Part shown: positions 12,820-24,835 of the stretch, piece after piece
Layout of the letters: every line of letters starts with the position of its first letter
Numbering within the stretch: position 1 is the stretch's first letter
Source of the DNA: Mobula hypostoma
Taxonomy: Eukaryota
Length of the DNA stretch: 64,000 bases
Assembly (NCBI RefSeq): GCF_963921235.1
Contig: NC_086107.1
Coordinates: 105,650,001 to 105,714,000 of the forward strand
Direction: 5' to 3'
Notes under the pieces: generated by a model
Told to the model about the DNA's origin: nothing
What the model saw: only the letters and a program-made list of their open reading frames with translations
Databases searched by the model: none
Translations under genes and position numbers: made by a program

Positions 12820-13362
12820 TCTCACTGGTTGTATTCTGACAGGCTGCATCACTGTCTGGTATGGAGAGGCTACTGCACAGGACCGAAAGAAGCTGCAGAA
12901 GGTTGTAAATCTAGTCAGCTCCATCTTGGGCACTAGCCTACAAAGTACCCAGGACATCTTTAGGGAGCAGTGTCTCAGAAAGGCAGTGTTCATTATTAAG
13001 GACCTCCAGCACCCAGGACATGCCCTTTTCTCACTGTTACCATCAGGTAGGAGATACAGAAGCCTGAAGGCACACACTCAGCGATTCAGGAACAGCTTCT
13101 TCCCCTCCGCCATCCGATTCCTAAATGGACATTGAAGCTTTGGACACTACCTCACTTTTTAATATACAGTATTTCTGTTTTTGCACATTAAAAAAAATCT
13201 ATTCAATATACATAATTGATTTATTTGTTTGTTTATTATGTTTTATTTTATTTATTATTTTTTTCTCTCTCTGCTATATTATGTATTGCTTTGAACTGCT
13301 GCTGCTAAGTTAACAAATTTCATGTCACATGCTGGTGATAATAAACTTGATTCTGATTCTGA
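12820..13362 (+). mobile_element. Rex1-like LINE 3' fragment
   Basis: HPGHALFSLLPSGRRYRSLKAHTQRFRNSFFPSAIRFLN; (GATTCT)n tail. Confidence 0.8.
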
Positions 13363-14479
13363 TTTCATACTGAACCACCCTTTCTAATAATTTTCTTCAT
13401 GTCTACCTGTGTTCCAACTATTTTTGGTTCAACACTGTTGAACCAGAAATGGTTAAATTAAATATTATGCAGTAGAGGAGTTGGGATTAGATTAGTTTTA
13501 TTTGTCATACGTACATCGAAACATACAGTGGAATGCGTTGTTTTGCCGAACACAATCCGAGGACGTGCTGGGGACAGCCAGCAAGTGTCACCACACCTCT
13601 GGCGCCAACGTATCATGTATGAAACCTACTAGCCCATATGTCTTGGGAATGTGGGGTCCAGTTTAAGATGCCCAGTGACTACTTAGAGGTGGCAAAATAC
13701 AAAACAAAGAAAACTTATTAATAACTCTTCATTAATAGCGATCACCGCGAATAATGGAGAGGCGTGCAGAGGCCAGGCTAGGGAAGTGGAGGGGGCAGAG
13801 GCGAAGGCGAGGAACAGTGGAAGGAAGTGGAGGAGGGAGCGAGGAAGGTCCCGATGTCTGATTGACATGCGCTGGGCTGGTCGGGCGTGGGCCAAATTGT
13901 GGTGGCGAGGTCCAGGCCCCAGAACGGTCTGGGAGCAAGGAACAACCCAGTGTTTGGATGATTTAAGCGCTTGGCCAGATTGAAGAGGCCGGAGTGTTGG
14001 GACGGGAGGCGAGGGGCGATCTGGTTCTACTCAGCTCTGCGCTGTAATAATTCCTGGCTTTGCATCTGTGTTCCTGCGACGTTTACTCAGTCCTGCGATG
14101 AACTGAGGCTGCGGTCTGCCCTGGCTGCACTGACGCCTGGCTTCGTGCCTTTCACTAAACTTCAGTTCTGAATTCCACTTGCTTGCTTTTATTGCCTGCA
14201 CGATTTCTTTCCCTCTTCGCGCGTTGGGTGTTTGATGGTCTTTTTTAATGGGCTCTTTTGGGGTTGCTCTGTTTCGTGGTTTGTCTGTGAGGCAACAAAT
14301 CTCAAGGTTGTGTAATGCATCCATACTTTGAAAATAATGTACTTTGAACTTTGAAACCAGAGCACCCCGGAGGAACTCATGGGGTCTCAGAGTGAGTGTG
14401 CAAACTTCTTAATGACAGTGGTGGGAATCGAACCCTGTTCGCTGATACTGTTAATCATCAGCTGTCACACTACGTTGCT

Positions 14480-16105
14480 GCCTTCACGTTACGGCTGTAC
14501 AAGTCAGTGGTGAGACCACACTTGGAGTAATATGTGTAGTTCTGGTTGTCCAGTCATAGGAAGGATGTCTTTATGCTGGACAAGATACAATAAAGCTTAC
14601 CAGGACTGGATTGAATCATCAGGAGAGGCTGGATGGGCGGGAAATTTTATCCCTGGAGTGCAGAAGGCCGAGGGGTGACCTTACAGAGGTTTAGAGAATC
14701 ATGATGGGGTGTAGATACAGTGAATTCTCACTGTCTTTTTCCCAGAAGAGTTCAAAACTAAGGTGAGAGAGAAAAGATCTAAAAGGGGACCTTAGGGAGG
14801 AGGAGAAGATGGCGGCGCGATGCAGCGCACGTGGCCTCTTTGGTGATGAATATCTGTTATCTGTCAAGTAGGGTGCCGTGCACAGTTCTGATTTGATGGA
14901 GACAGACGTGAGAGTACGGAGGAACATCTGGTGAAACTTCTGAAATGCCTGTTTCGCTGCCGCCGCTACTGTGTGATCCAAAATCTCCGGAGGGGAAGGC
15001 CGCGAGTCCTCGGCTTTGCCTGTTGCTCGGCAGCCGGGGCTGGGGCCGAAGCGCTCGGCAGAGATGGTGCTTGGTGTCGGAGGCTCGAAGTTTTCGGACG
15101 ACTCAGAGTCGGACTGTGGTTGGGTGCTTCCAGGGTGCTGCATCAGCAAGTTTGCGGTGCTGGAAGCTCATGGCAGGGAGAGTTTCTCCCTTCTACCGTC
15201 TGCGTGAGATGTTGGGGCTATCGGGACTTTGAGACTTTTTTTTACCGTGCCCATGGTCTGCTCTTTATCAAATTACAGTATTGCTTTGCACTGTTGTAAC
15301 TCTATGTTATAATTATGTGGTTTTTATCAGTTTTAGTCTTGGTCTGTCCTGTGTTTCTGTGATATCATACTGGGGGAACATTATATCTTTTTTTTAATGC
15401 ATGCATTTCTAAATGACAATAAACGAGGACTGAGTGTCCTCATAATCGTAATAGGGTCAGGTTTCTCTTCTCGTAGAGGCTGGTGGGTAGATGGAATGAG
15501 CTGCTAGAGGAAGTGGTAGAGGTGGGTACAATTACTTGCTGGAATTTAGAAGAAAGGGGGGGGGGATCTCATTGAAACCTATCAGATATTGAAAGGCCTC
15601 GACAGAGTGGATGTGAAGAAGATGTTTCCTTCAGCCGGGCAAGTCTAGGACTGGAGGGAACAGCCTCAAAATAGAGGCATGGCCATTTAGAACAGAGATG
15701 AGGAGGAACTTCTTAACCAGAAGCGTGGCAAATTTATGGAACTCACTGCCGCAGGTGGCTATGGAGGCCAGGTCATTGGGTGCATTAAGGGGGAGGTTGA
15801 TAGGTTCTTGATTAGTCAGGGTGTGAAAGGTTACAGGGAGAATGGGGTTAAGGGAATAATGGATCAGCCATGATGAAATGGCGGAGCAGACTCCATAATC
15901 CCAATGGCCTAATCTACTCCTATGTTTTGTAGTCTTATTGCCTAATTACATCATTTAACATACATTTGGACAGGTACACGGATAGGAAAGGTTTTGCGGG
16001 ATGAAGGCCAAACGCAGGCAAATAGGACTAGCTGAGGTAGACAACTTGGTCAGCATGGATGGGGTGGGCAGAAGGGCCTGTTTCTATGCTATATAACTCT
16101 CTGAC
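14480..16105 (+). mobile_element. Nested decayed CR1 3' fragments
   Basis: LVRPHLE, RGDL, FFxQ..WNxLP motifs and CR1 3' UTRs. Confidence 0.75.
14794..15452 (+). mobile_element. ~650-bp non-autonomous retroelement (probably Rex1-mobilised), copy 1
   Basis: 5' GAGAAGATGGCGGCG; 3' AATAAA-GAGGAC(N5)GTCCTC hairpin-(TAATC)n; homologous copies at ~27412, ~41875, ~54760. Confidence 0.75.
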
Positions 16106-17311
16106 TCGATTGACAAAATTCTGCTGCGATTATTTGAAATTCCACAGATTTAGGAACTGATCGTAGGAAAATCTCAAAGCTGGAGAAAGCCATTCAGCCC
16201 ATCAACCCAACTCCTTCCTCACCCTCAATCTCATCAACACATCTTCAGAGGGAACAATTTAGAAAATGTATAGCTCAGGTGGTCGATGGTTGGGTTGAGT
16301 TGTTCTCCGAACTTGGCAATTTATTTGCAAATATATTTTAACATTTCATCTCCATACAAGGGGACGTCATTGGTGTGCTGTTAATTGTGGAGTGTCCTTC
16401 GAATACCTGGCCTTTATATATCAATCAGCTGATTGGTCACCATTTCGGAAACTCAGTTGTGATGTGGGGAGGAAATCTCATCGCTGATTGGTTGTGTGGC
16501 GAACGTCGTGCGCTGTTGTCTTGAATTTTGCACGCATTGGCTCATAAGTAGGATTGAGTTCTACATGACTCTCACAACGGCCTCCTTATCTGCCAGACCA
16601 GATTAACAATCCAGATACCGAACGGCAAATGTGGAACCCAACGAGAACCATTCATTGTCAGTGACAACCAGAAACGAATAAAAAGCTTCTGTTTTGATTC
16701 GTGCAGGAGGCCTGCTCTCCCTAGCTGGTCTGGTCAACATCCAGCCCCAGTGCTGTTAACTCTTAACTGACCTATGTCATGGCCCCACAATATCTGCAGT
16801 TTAGGAGAATTCAGTAAGCACTAGAGATTCTGAAAATGCTGGAAATCTTGAGCAACGCACTCACAATGGTGGAAGAACTCGGGAGGTCAGGCAGCATCTA
16901 CGGAGGGGAGTAGGTTGACTGTTTATTTTCCCCCTACAGAAGCCTGAAAACAAGCAAAGCCAATCTATTCTTACTGTAAGAGTTTCACTGGACTCCCTCA
17001 TGCTCCAGCGAATATACATTACGTTGTGGGGAAAACCAGATAGCAACGCGATTATCTGATCGGTCTCTCGCTCGCTGCTCCTGAAGGAACAGAGCTCCTG
17101 TGTCCAGTGCTCTCCCTCTTGCTCCATGGTGTTAGAGGATGGTACTGGAGTCCCAGGTCTTGGGCAAGGTTTAATCGATGTGCTTTGTGGATTGGACTCT
17201 GTAGTTCACCTTATGATGTGTTTCTGCTTTTGTTGCTATAGTATCTCGGGTGATTTTGAATCAGGGCGGCCTGCACATAATGAACACTGAGCTGAACTGA
17301 ATAGGGACTCT

Positions 17312-18206
17312 AACACGAGGAAACCTGCCGATGCTGGAATTTCAAGCAACACACATCAAAGTTGCTGGTGAACGCAGCAGGCCAGGCAGCATCTCTAGGA
17401 AGAGGTACAGTTGATGTTTCAAACCGAGACCCTTCGTCAGGACTAACTGAAGGAAGGGCTAGTAAGAGATTTGAAAGTGGGAGGGGGAGGGGGAGATCCA
17501 AAATGATAGGAGAAGACAGGAGGGGGAGGGATGGAGCCAAGAGCTGGACAGGTGATTGGCAAAAGGGATATGAGAGGATCATGGGACAGGAGGCCTAGGG
17601 AGAAAGAAAAGGGGAAGGGGGGAAGCCCAGAGGATGGGCAAGGGGTATAGTGAGAAGGACAGAGGGAGAAAAAGGAGAGAGAGAAAAAGAATGTAGGTAT
17701 ATAAATAAATAAATAACGGATGGGGTACGAGGGGGAGGCGGGGCATTAGCAGAAGTTTGAGAAGTCAATGTTCATGCCATCAGGTTGGAGGCTACCCAGA
17801 CGGAATATAAGGTGTTGTTCCTCCAACCGGAGTGTGGCTTCATCTTTACAATAGAGGAGGCTGTGGGTAGACATATCAGAATGGGAATGGGACATGGAAT
17901 TAAAATGTGTGGCAGGAGATCCTGCTTTCTCTGGCGGACAGAGCGTAGGTGTTCAGCGAAACGATCTCCCAGTCTGCGTCGGGTCTCGCCAATATGTAGA
18001 ACCCCATCTGTTATTTATTTATTTATCCCTCCCCCTCCTGTCTTCTCCTATCATTTTGGATCTCCCCCTCCCACTTTCAAATCTCTTACTAGCTCTTCTT
18101 TCAGTTAGTCCTGACGAAGGATCTCGGCCTGAAATGTCGACTGTACCTCTTCCTAGAGATGCTGCCTGGCCTGCTGCGTTCACCAGCAACGTTTATGTGT
18201 GTTGCT
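17312..18206. mobile_element. Penelope insertion with inverted tails
   Basis: Minus-strand 3' end followed by a plus-strand copy of the tail; flanked by TGAATAG(G/A)GACTCT at 17298-17311 and 18207-18220; hammerhead-like cores on both strands. Confidence 0.85.
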
Positions 18207-18519
18207 TGAATAGAGACTCTTTTGATTTTGTGTTTTATATTCTGTGTTTTTCTCTCATTTGTTTTTGTTGCCGTTTGCACAATTTGTTTTTTTTTGCGTG
18301 TGGGGGTTTGATGTTTTCCTTTGAATGGGTTCTGTGGTTTTTCTTTGTTTCGTGGCTGTCTGTGTGGAAGACGAATCGCAGGGTTGAGTCCTGCATGCAT
18401 ACTTCGATAATAAATGTTCTTTGATTGTTTCATTATCTGTTGATCACTGCCTCGTACAGTTTAGATTTATGTTAATATCTGCAAAATGAAAAAGAGGAAT
18501 GCATATACAAATCTGACTT

Positions 18520-18645
18520 ACACACACAAAATGCTGGAGGAACTCAGCAGGTCAGGCAGCATCTATTGCGGGGAATAAACAGTCGACTGTTTATTTCCCC
18601 CTATGGAGGCTGTTGGGTTCCTCCAGCATTTTCATGCGTTGCTCA
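18520..18645. mobile_element. Short fold-back of the Penelope terminal sequence
   Basis: 22-bp perfect palindrome AATAAACAGTC|GACTGTTTATT (18574-18595) with imperfect outer arms. Confidence 0.75.
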
Positions 18646-19404
18646 AGGAGAATTCAGGATGCACAATAAGTGCCTGCAATTGCACAGATCTCCCCTAGCT
18701 GGCTTGGACAAATTTGACCCCAATGCTGCTAACTCTTAAGAACTGAATCAAACTTTAAATAATCCTTGGGTTCTGACTGCCGTTACATTCTACGTTTTTA
18801 AGCATCACGTTTCACTGCAGGCTGGTTCTCTCCCAGAGCTGAGCGGGGACCCAGTATTGGTACTGGTTTTAGAATTGTCCTGTGTAGCGAGATACAGTGT
18901 CTTGCCTACTGTTCATACAGGTCAGATCATTGCACAGGGCACTGAAGTAGAATGAAGTAACACAATAACAACGTAGAATAAAGTGTAGCAGCTGCAGAGA
19001 AAGTGCAATGCAGGCAAATGATTACAATGAGGTAGATTTTGAGGGTCAAGAGTCCATTTAAAACAGACGGGCGGAAGCTGTCCTTGGGCCTGGTGGTACG
19101 TGCTTTCAGACTTTTGTATCTTCTGCACTATGATAGAGGAGAGGAGAGAAAGTCCGGGGTAGGTGGAGGTCTTTACTGAGGCAGCGAGAAGTATAGATAA
19201 GGTCCATAGAGGGGAGGCTGGTTATGCTAAGCTGTGTCCACAACTGTCTGTAACCTCTCTAATGGGGGACATTAATAAAATGGCTGGACCACCTCCAGGG
19301 TCTTAGTCTTTGTGTCTTTGTACTTTGGACCTGTTAAGTTCATTATTGGCATTTGCTTATTTATTTTTTTAAATTTAGGAATACCATAAAGACTATGAGA
19401 TTTA

Positions 19405-21006
19405 CAGTGCCTTTAAAATTATTCACCCCCCCCCCAGAAGTTTTCATGTTTTACAACATTGAATCACAGTGGACTTAGTTTGGCTTTTTTGACACTGATC
19501 AACAGAAAAAGACTCGTTCAAGGTGAAAACAGATCTTCACAAAGTGATCTAAATTAATTGCAATTATAAAACACAAAATAATTGATTGCTTAAGTTATTC
19601 ACCCCCTTTAATATGACACACTAAATAATCACTGGTGCAGCCAATTGGTTTTAGAAGTCACATAATAGTTAAATGGAGATCACCTGTGTGTAGTCAAAGT
19701 GTTTCAATGAGTAAAAACATACCTGTATCTGGAAGGTCTAACTGTTGGTGAGTCAGTATCCGAGCAAAAACTACTCCATGAAGACAAAAGAACACTCCAA
19801 GCAACTCCATGAATAGGTTATTGAAAAGCAAAAGTCAGGGGATAAGTACAATAAATTTCCAAGTCACTGAATATTCATTGAAGTATAGTTAAGTCAATCA
19901 TCAAGAAATGGAAAGCGTATGGCACAGCTGTAAATCTGCCTAGAGTAGGTCATCCTCAAAAACTGAGTGACTGTGCAAGAAAGGGACCAGTGAGGGAGGC
20001 CACTACGAGACCTGTGACGACTCTGGAGGTGTTACAAGCTTCAGTGGCTGAGATGGGAGAGACTGGGCATCCAACAACTGTTGCCCGGGTGCTTCACCAG
20101 TCACAGCTTTATGGGAGAGTGGCAAAGAGAAAGCGACTGTTGATGAAACCTCACATGAAATCTCAGTTAGAGTCTGCCAGAAGGCATGTGGGAGACTCTG
20201 ATATCAGCTGGAAGAAGGTTCTCTGGTCTGATGAAACCAAAATTGAGCTCTTTGGCCATCAGACTAAACGCTATGTTCGGCGTAAACCAAACACCGCACG
20301 TCGTCAAAAACAACCCTTCCCTGCCGTGAAGCATGGTGGTGGCTGTATCGTGCTGTGGGGATGCTTCACTGCAGCAGGCCCTGGAAGGCCTGTGAAGGTA
20401 GAGGGTAAAATAAATGCAGCAAAATACAGAGAAATACTGGAGGAAAACCTGATGCAGTCTGCAAGAGAAATGTGACTTGGGAGAAGATTTGTTTTCCAGC
20501 AACACAATGACCCCAAGCATAAAGCCAAAGCTACACAGGAATGGCTTAAAAACAACAAAGTTAATGCCTTGGAGTGGCCAAGTCAGAGTCCAGACCTCAA
20601 TCCAATTGAGAATTTGTGGCTGGACTTGAAAAGGCCTGTTCACTCCCGATCCCCGTGCAATTTGACAGAGCTTGAGCAGTTCTGTAAAGAAGAATGGGGA
20701 AAAATTGCAGTGTCCAGATGTGCAAAGCTGACAGAGACCTATCCACACAGACTCAAGGCTGTAATTGCTACCAAAGGTGCATATACTAAACACTATATTA
20801 AAGGGGGTGAGTAATTATCCAATTACTTTGTGGTCAATAATTGTAATAAATTTAGACCAATTTGTAGAAATTTGCTTTCACTTTGACACAAAAGAGTCTT
20901 TTCTGGTTGATCAGTGTCTAAAAAGCCAAACTAAATCCACTGTGCTTCAATGTTGTAAAACATGAAAGCTTCCAGGGGGTGGGGTAAGTACTTTATATAG
21001 GCACTG
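19405..21006 (+). mobile_element. Full-length Tc1-like DNA transposon
   Basis: TA TSD; CAGTGCC..GGCACTG termini; ~190-bp TIRs; 1.6 kb; inserted into the tail of a CR1. Confidence 0.95.
19778..20795 (+). pseudogene. Tc1 DD34E transposase, inactivated
   Basis: MKTKEHSK start; VLWSDETKIELFG, KHGGG, QHNDPKH, WPSQSPDLNPIENLW; in-frame stops (e.g. TGA ending the ORF at 20475). Confidence 0.92.
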
Positions 21007-21630
21007 TAGGAGCACAATTGGGCCATTTGCTCTGCCACTTCATCATGGCTGATCCATTTTTCCTCTCAGCCCCAACCTCCAACCTTCTCCTCGTATCCCT
21101 TCATGCTCTGACTAATCAAGAACCTATCAACCCCTGCCTTAAATATTCCCAATGACTTGGCCTCCGCAGCTGCCTGTGTCAATGAATTCCACAGATTCAC
21201 CACTCTCTGGATAAAGAAATTCCTTCTCATCGCTGTTCTAAAAGGATGCCCCTCTATTCTGGTGCTGTGTCCTCTGGACTTCCACCATAGGAAACATCCT
21301 CTCCCCATCCACTCCATCGAGGGCTTTCAACATTTGATAGATTTCGATGAGGTCACCCCTCATTCTTCTGAATTCCAGTGAATACAGACCCAAAGCCATC
21401 AAATGATCTTCATGTGACAAGCCGTTCAATCCTGGAATGATTTTCGTGAACCTCCTTTGAACCCTCTCCAATGTCAGCACATCCTCACTTAGATAAGAGG
21501 CCCAAATCTGCTCATAATACTCCAAGTGAGGCTTCACCTGTGCTTTATAAAGACTCACCATTACATCCTTGCTTTTATATTCTAGTCTTCTTGAACATCA
21601 CAGTTGTCTTCCTCACCACAGACCCAATTT
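21007..21630 (-). mobile_element. CR1 3' fragment
   Basis: LYKAQVKPHLEY..RRMRGDLIE..FFIQRVVNLWNSL. Confidence 0.85.
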
Positions 21631-21772
21631 GCAAACGGCACAGTAATGTGCTGTTCCAGCTCCACAATCTCTCATCACCCAGCTACACCCATCTACTAAC
21701 CTGTACCTCTTTGGAATGTGGGAGAAAACTGGAACACCCGGAGGAAACCTACATGGTTACGGGAGAGTAAAC

Positions 21773-22310
21773 ACTCAGTGTCCACTTTATTAGGCACACC
21801 TGTACACCTGCTTATTAATGCAAATATCTAATCAGCCAATCACGTGGCAGCAACTCAATGCAGAAAAGCATGCAGACATGGTCAAGAGGTTCAGTTGTTA
21901 ATCAGCCCCAATGTCAGAATGGGGAAGAAGTGTGATCTATGTGACTTAGACCATGGAATGATTTTTGGTGCCAGATGGGGTGGTTTGAGTATCTCAGAAA
22001 CTGCCACTCTCCCGGGATTTTCACTCATAACAGTCTCTCAAGTTTACAGAGGATAGTGCGTGAAACCAAAACCATTCAGTGAGGGGCTGTTCCTTGGGTG
22101 AAAATGCCTTGTTAATGAGAGGGGTCGAAGAAGAATGGCCAGACCGGTTCAAGCTGACGGGAAGGTGACAGTAACTCAAATAACCACACATTATAACAGT
22201 GGTGTGCAGAAGAGCATCTCTGAACGCACAACATGATGAACCTTGAAGTGGATGGGCTACAGCAGCAGAAGATCAGGAACATACACTCAGTGCCCACTTC
22301 ACTAGGTACT
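21773..22310 (+). mobile_element. Non-autonomous Tc1-like element carrying the transposase N-terminal HTH remnant
   Basis: CACTCAGTGxCCACTT terminal motif at both ends; MGKKCDL..GARWGGLSISETA; partial copy at ~4133-4270. Confidence 0.7.
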
Positions 22311-22699
22311 AGGTTCAGGAGTCACTGAGTGTGCAAACTCCTTACAGACAGACGCGGAATTGAACCCGGGTCGCTGGCACTAAAGTAGTGTTACATTAAC
22401 TGCTATGTTACCAAGTTGTCCTGTCAATTGGCTAAGGCTCTGGTTTAACCTTGAAGCAATTCCAAAGTTTATACATCCCATATAAAGAGAAAGAAAGTGG
22501 TCGGTACATCTGTATTCACAAAGAGGAACCAGAAATATGGTACAGACAAACTTGAATAATACAGCACCCTTGGGTGAAGCCAGACCAGCAGATCTTCCAG
22601 ATCATTGGATGTTACTCATAATAGACCCAACCCACTTTTATTTACATGTTATACTGTAGTATGTAGCCTGGGGAAAAGTACACGCTCAGGACAACAAAG

Positions 22700-23405
22700 A
22701 CTTTTTCGGGTTTTAATTCCTTTATTGGTTTTCGATGTTTAAGTGCCAGAAGAGGGTCGCGAAACAAAATGAACGAATTTACGACCAGTTCTTGCCGTTA
22801 CAATCTCAGTTTAACTTTCGATCCACACCTGTGTGTATGGACAGAATTGCGTATGCAGTATAAAAATACCAGAACTAATACGGTACAAATACGGTAGTGG
22901 CAATCCTGAAGGAACACATTACAAACAACATTAGAATCCCACCCACCCTGCATCTTATACATGGCAATGAAAAATGGAAGCGAATTTGTCTCATGTAAGA
23001 CGTACACACGTGCTGAACTTCCGAACAGAGACTAAACATTCACGCTACGCGGTTACATGCACAATCAGTCCCGATACAATAAAGTTAGACAAAAGGTACA
23101 CTTTGGCACAACTTTTACAAGGTATTTTCTGGTAGTTAAATTACAGGAAGACTGACCTACTTGGCTGGTGAGGAACTTCGCCCAAGCCACGTAATCCAGC
23201 TTTGAGTCACTTACTCGAGAAAATCTAAAGCATCCACATGTAAAACGTGTCAAATTACCGATATTCTCGATCCGCCAACAAGCATAAACGAATTCACATG
23301 GATATTGTCAATTAATGCTCACTTTTCATCACCATGCCCAGCGCACTCTGGGAGGAACCCACTTCCAACACCTTACCACGTCTTCAGCAGAAAGCAAAAT
23401 GGTCT
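22700..23405 (-). ncRNA. Putative two-exon non-coding snoRNA host gene (exon 1 ~23405-23377; exon 2 22905-~22700)
   Basis: Pyrimidine-rich start CCATTTTGCTTTCT; donor GTG|GTAAGG (23376); branch point TTCTAAT (22936-22930); acceptor TTCCTTCAG| (22906); AATAAA (22726-22721) followed by GU-rich TCTTTGTTGT; no ATG in the spliced product; CpG-retaining, repeat-free DNA. Confidence 0.6.
22984..23200 (-). ncRNA. Candidate intronic box H/ACA sno/scaRNA (5' end uncertain, 23200-23262)
   Basis: 5' hairpin; H-box match AGAAAA (23130-23125); internal hairpin (AAAGTTG/TAACTTT); 3' hairpin closed by CATGTAA/TTACATG; ACA at 22989-22987 plus 3 nt, ending 78 nt before the 3' splice site. Confidence 0.5.
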
Positions 23406-23480
23406 CCCCACTATCCCGCGCGCGCGTAATGACATCACCATCTCCCTTAAAGGCACAGACAACTATTCTAGCATTACCCG
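23337..23480 (-). promoter_or_regulatory. Housekeeping-type promoter elements
   Basis: ZNF143/SBS-like CTCCCAGAGTGCGCTG (from 23354, minus); YY1-like CCATTTT at ~23402; (CG)5 at 23417-23426; ATF/CRE-like TGACATCA at 23430-23437. Confidence 0.55.
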
Positions 23481-24424
23481 GACGGATGCCTAAGTACACT
23501 TTTAACGATACTGAATAAGATCCGACGGGCACCCGGTTACAAGTATAATAAATATTTCAGCAAATCCAGAGAGTTCGAAGGGAACAGGAAATCTACAAAT
23601 CCTCTGGAGCCCTGCTCTGACCAGAATCCAGTTTCTGATCCTGGGTGTTCCTGATCCTAGCCGCACGCTACTTTCATTCTGGGCCCTGTATCGTACTTGG
23701 ACTGATAAGTAAGCCAAACGCTGGACTATCAGGATTTCTGAACAATCGGACACCGGATTTTTGGAGTGATAGAGGGGGGTCTTGGCCATGATTGTATGAA
23801 ATGGTGCTCGTCCATCGTCGACGTCGATGAGGACCTCGACACCATTATAATGGTGTGGAGACTAGCCCGTGATTTGGATTTAAGTGAGGGAGAGTTGCCT
23901 CACTCTCTCTTCCCAATTCCCATCCGGATCCAGTGGCAAGATCCTTGTAAAGGATCCAGTGAAACGGTAGAGAAAACCTGAAGGGCCGAATAGCCTACAC
24001 TTGCTCTTTGTTTCTGTTTGATGCTTCTAAGAAAGCTGGATGTTCTCGGATGGTCATGCAGCATCTGTGGAGAGAGAAACAGAATCAAGAATCTTCATTG
24101 AAGGCTGCTACCTCGTCTTATTCTCATACCTCAGTACTGAACATAGAACAGTACACATGTAACAGGCCCTCCATTCTACAATGTAGTGCCAAACTAATGG
24201 TGTCTACTTATGCAAATTCCTTCTGCCTGCACAACGTCCATAATCCCTCTACGCTCTGTACATTCATGTATCTATTTAAGAGCCTCTTAAACACCTCTAT
24301 CACATCTGCCTCACCATCGTACTGTGCATTCCAGACACCCACCACTCTCTGTGTAGTAAAAAAAAACAAGCCTCACTTATCTCCTTTGAACTCCCCCCCC
24401 CCACCTTAACTGCATGTCCTTTCA

Positions 24425-24790
24425 TTGAAAGCGTACAGAGGAAAATTTACAAGGATGTTGCTGGGACTGGAGGACCTGAGTTATAAGGAAAGATTGAATC
24501 GGTTAGAACTTTATCCCCTGGAATGTAGAAGATTGAGAGGAGATTTGATAGAGATGTACAAAATTATGAGGGGTATGGATTGGGCAAATGCAAGCAGGCT
24601 TTTTCCACAGAGGTTGGGTGAGACTACAACTAGAGGTCATGGGTTAAGGGTGAAAGGTGAAATGTTTAAGGGGAAAATGAGGGGAAGCTTCTTCACTCGG
24701 AGGGTAGTGAGAGTGTGGAACGAGCTGCCAATGCAAATGATGGCTGCAATTTTGACTTCACTGTTTAAGAGAAGTTTGGATAGGTACATA
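24425..24790 (+). mobile_element. CR1 3' fragment
   Basis: [34 protein letters not shown]. Confidence 0.85.
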
Positions 24791-24835
24791 GATTCTTGTG
24801 AGCAAGTGTGGACCCCAAATTAACGACACCAAAGT

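Noticed and set aside
19990..20814. Active transposase
   Set aside because: Frame broken by stop codons; the element is dead
22984..23262. Telomerase RNA, U17 or U7 identity for the structured RNA
   Set aside because: No CUAACCCU template or P6.1 loop, no U17 m1/m2 motifs; plus-strand AATTTGTCT lacks the U7 5' guide and 3' hairpin
23065..23332. Box C (GTGATGA 23332-23326) and CTGA (23068-23065) suggesting a C/D or composite scaRNA
   Set aside because: No terminal stem or convincing antisense element, and the D box falls inside the H/ACA-like fold; not excluded but unsupported
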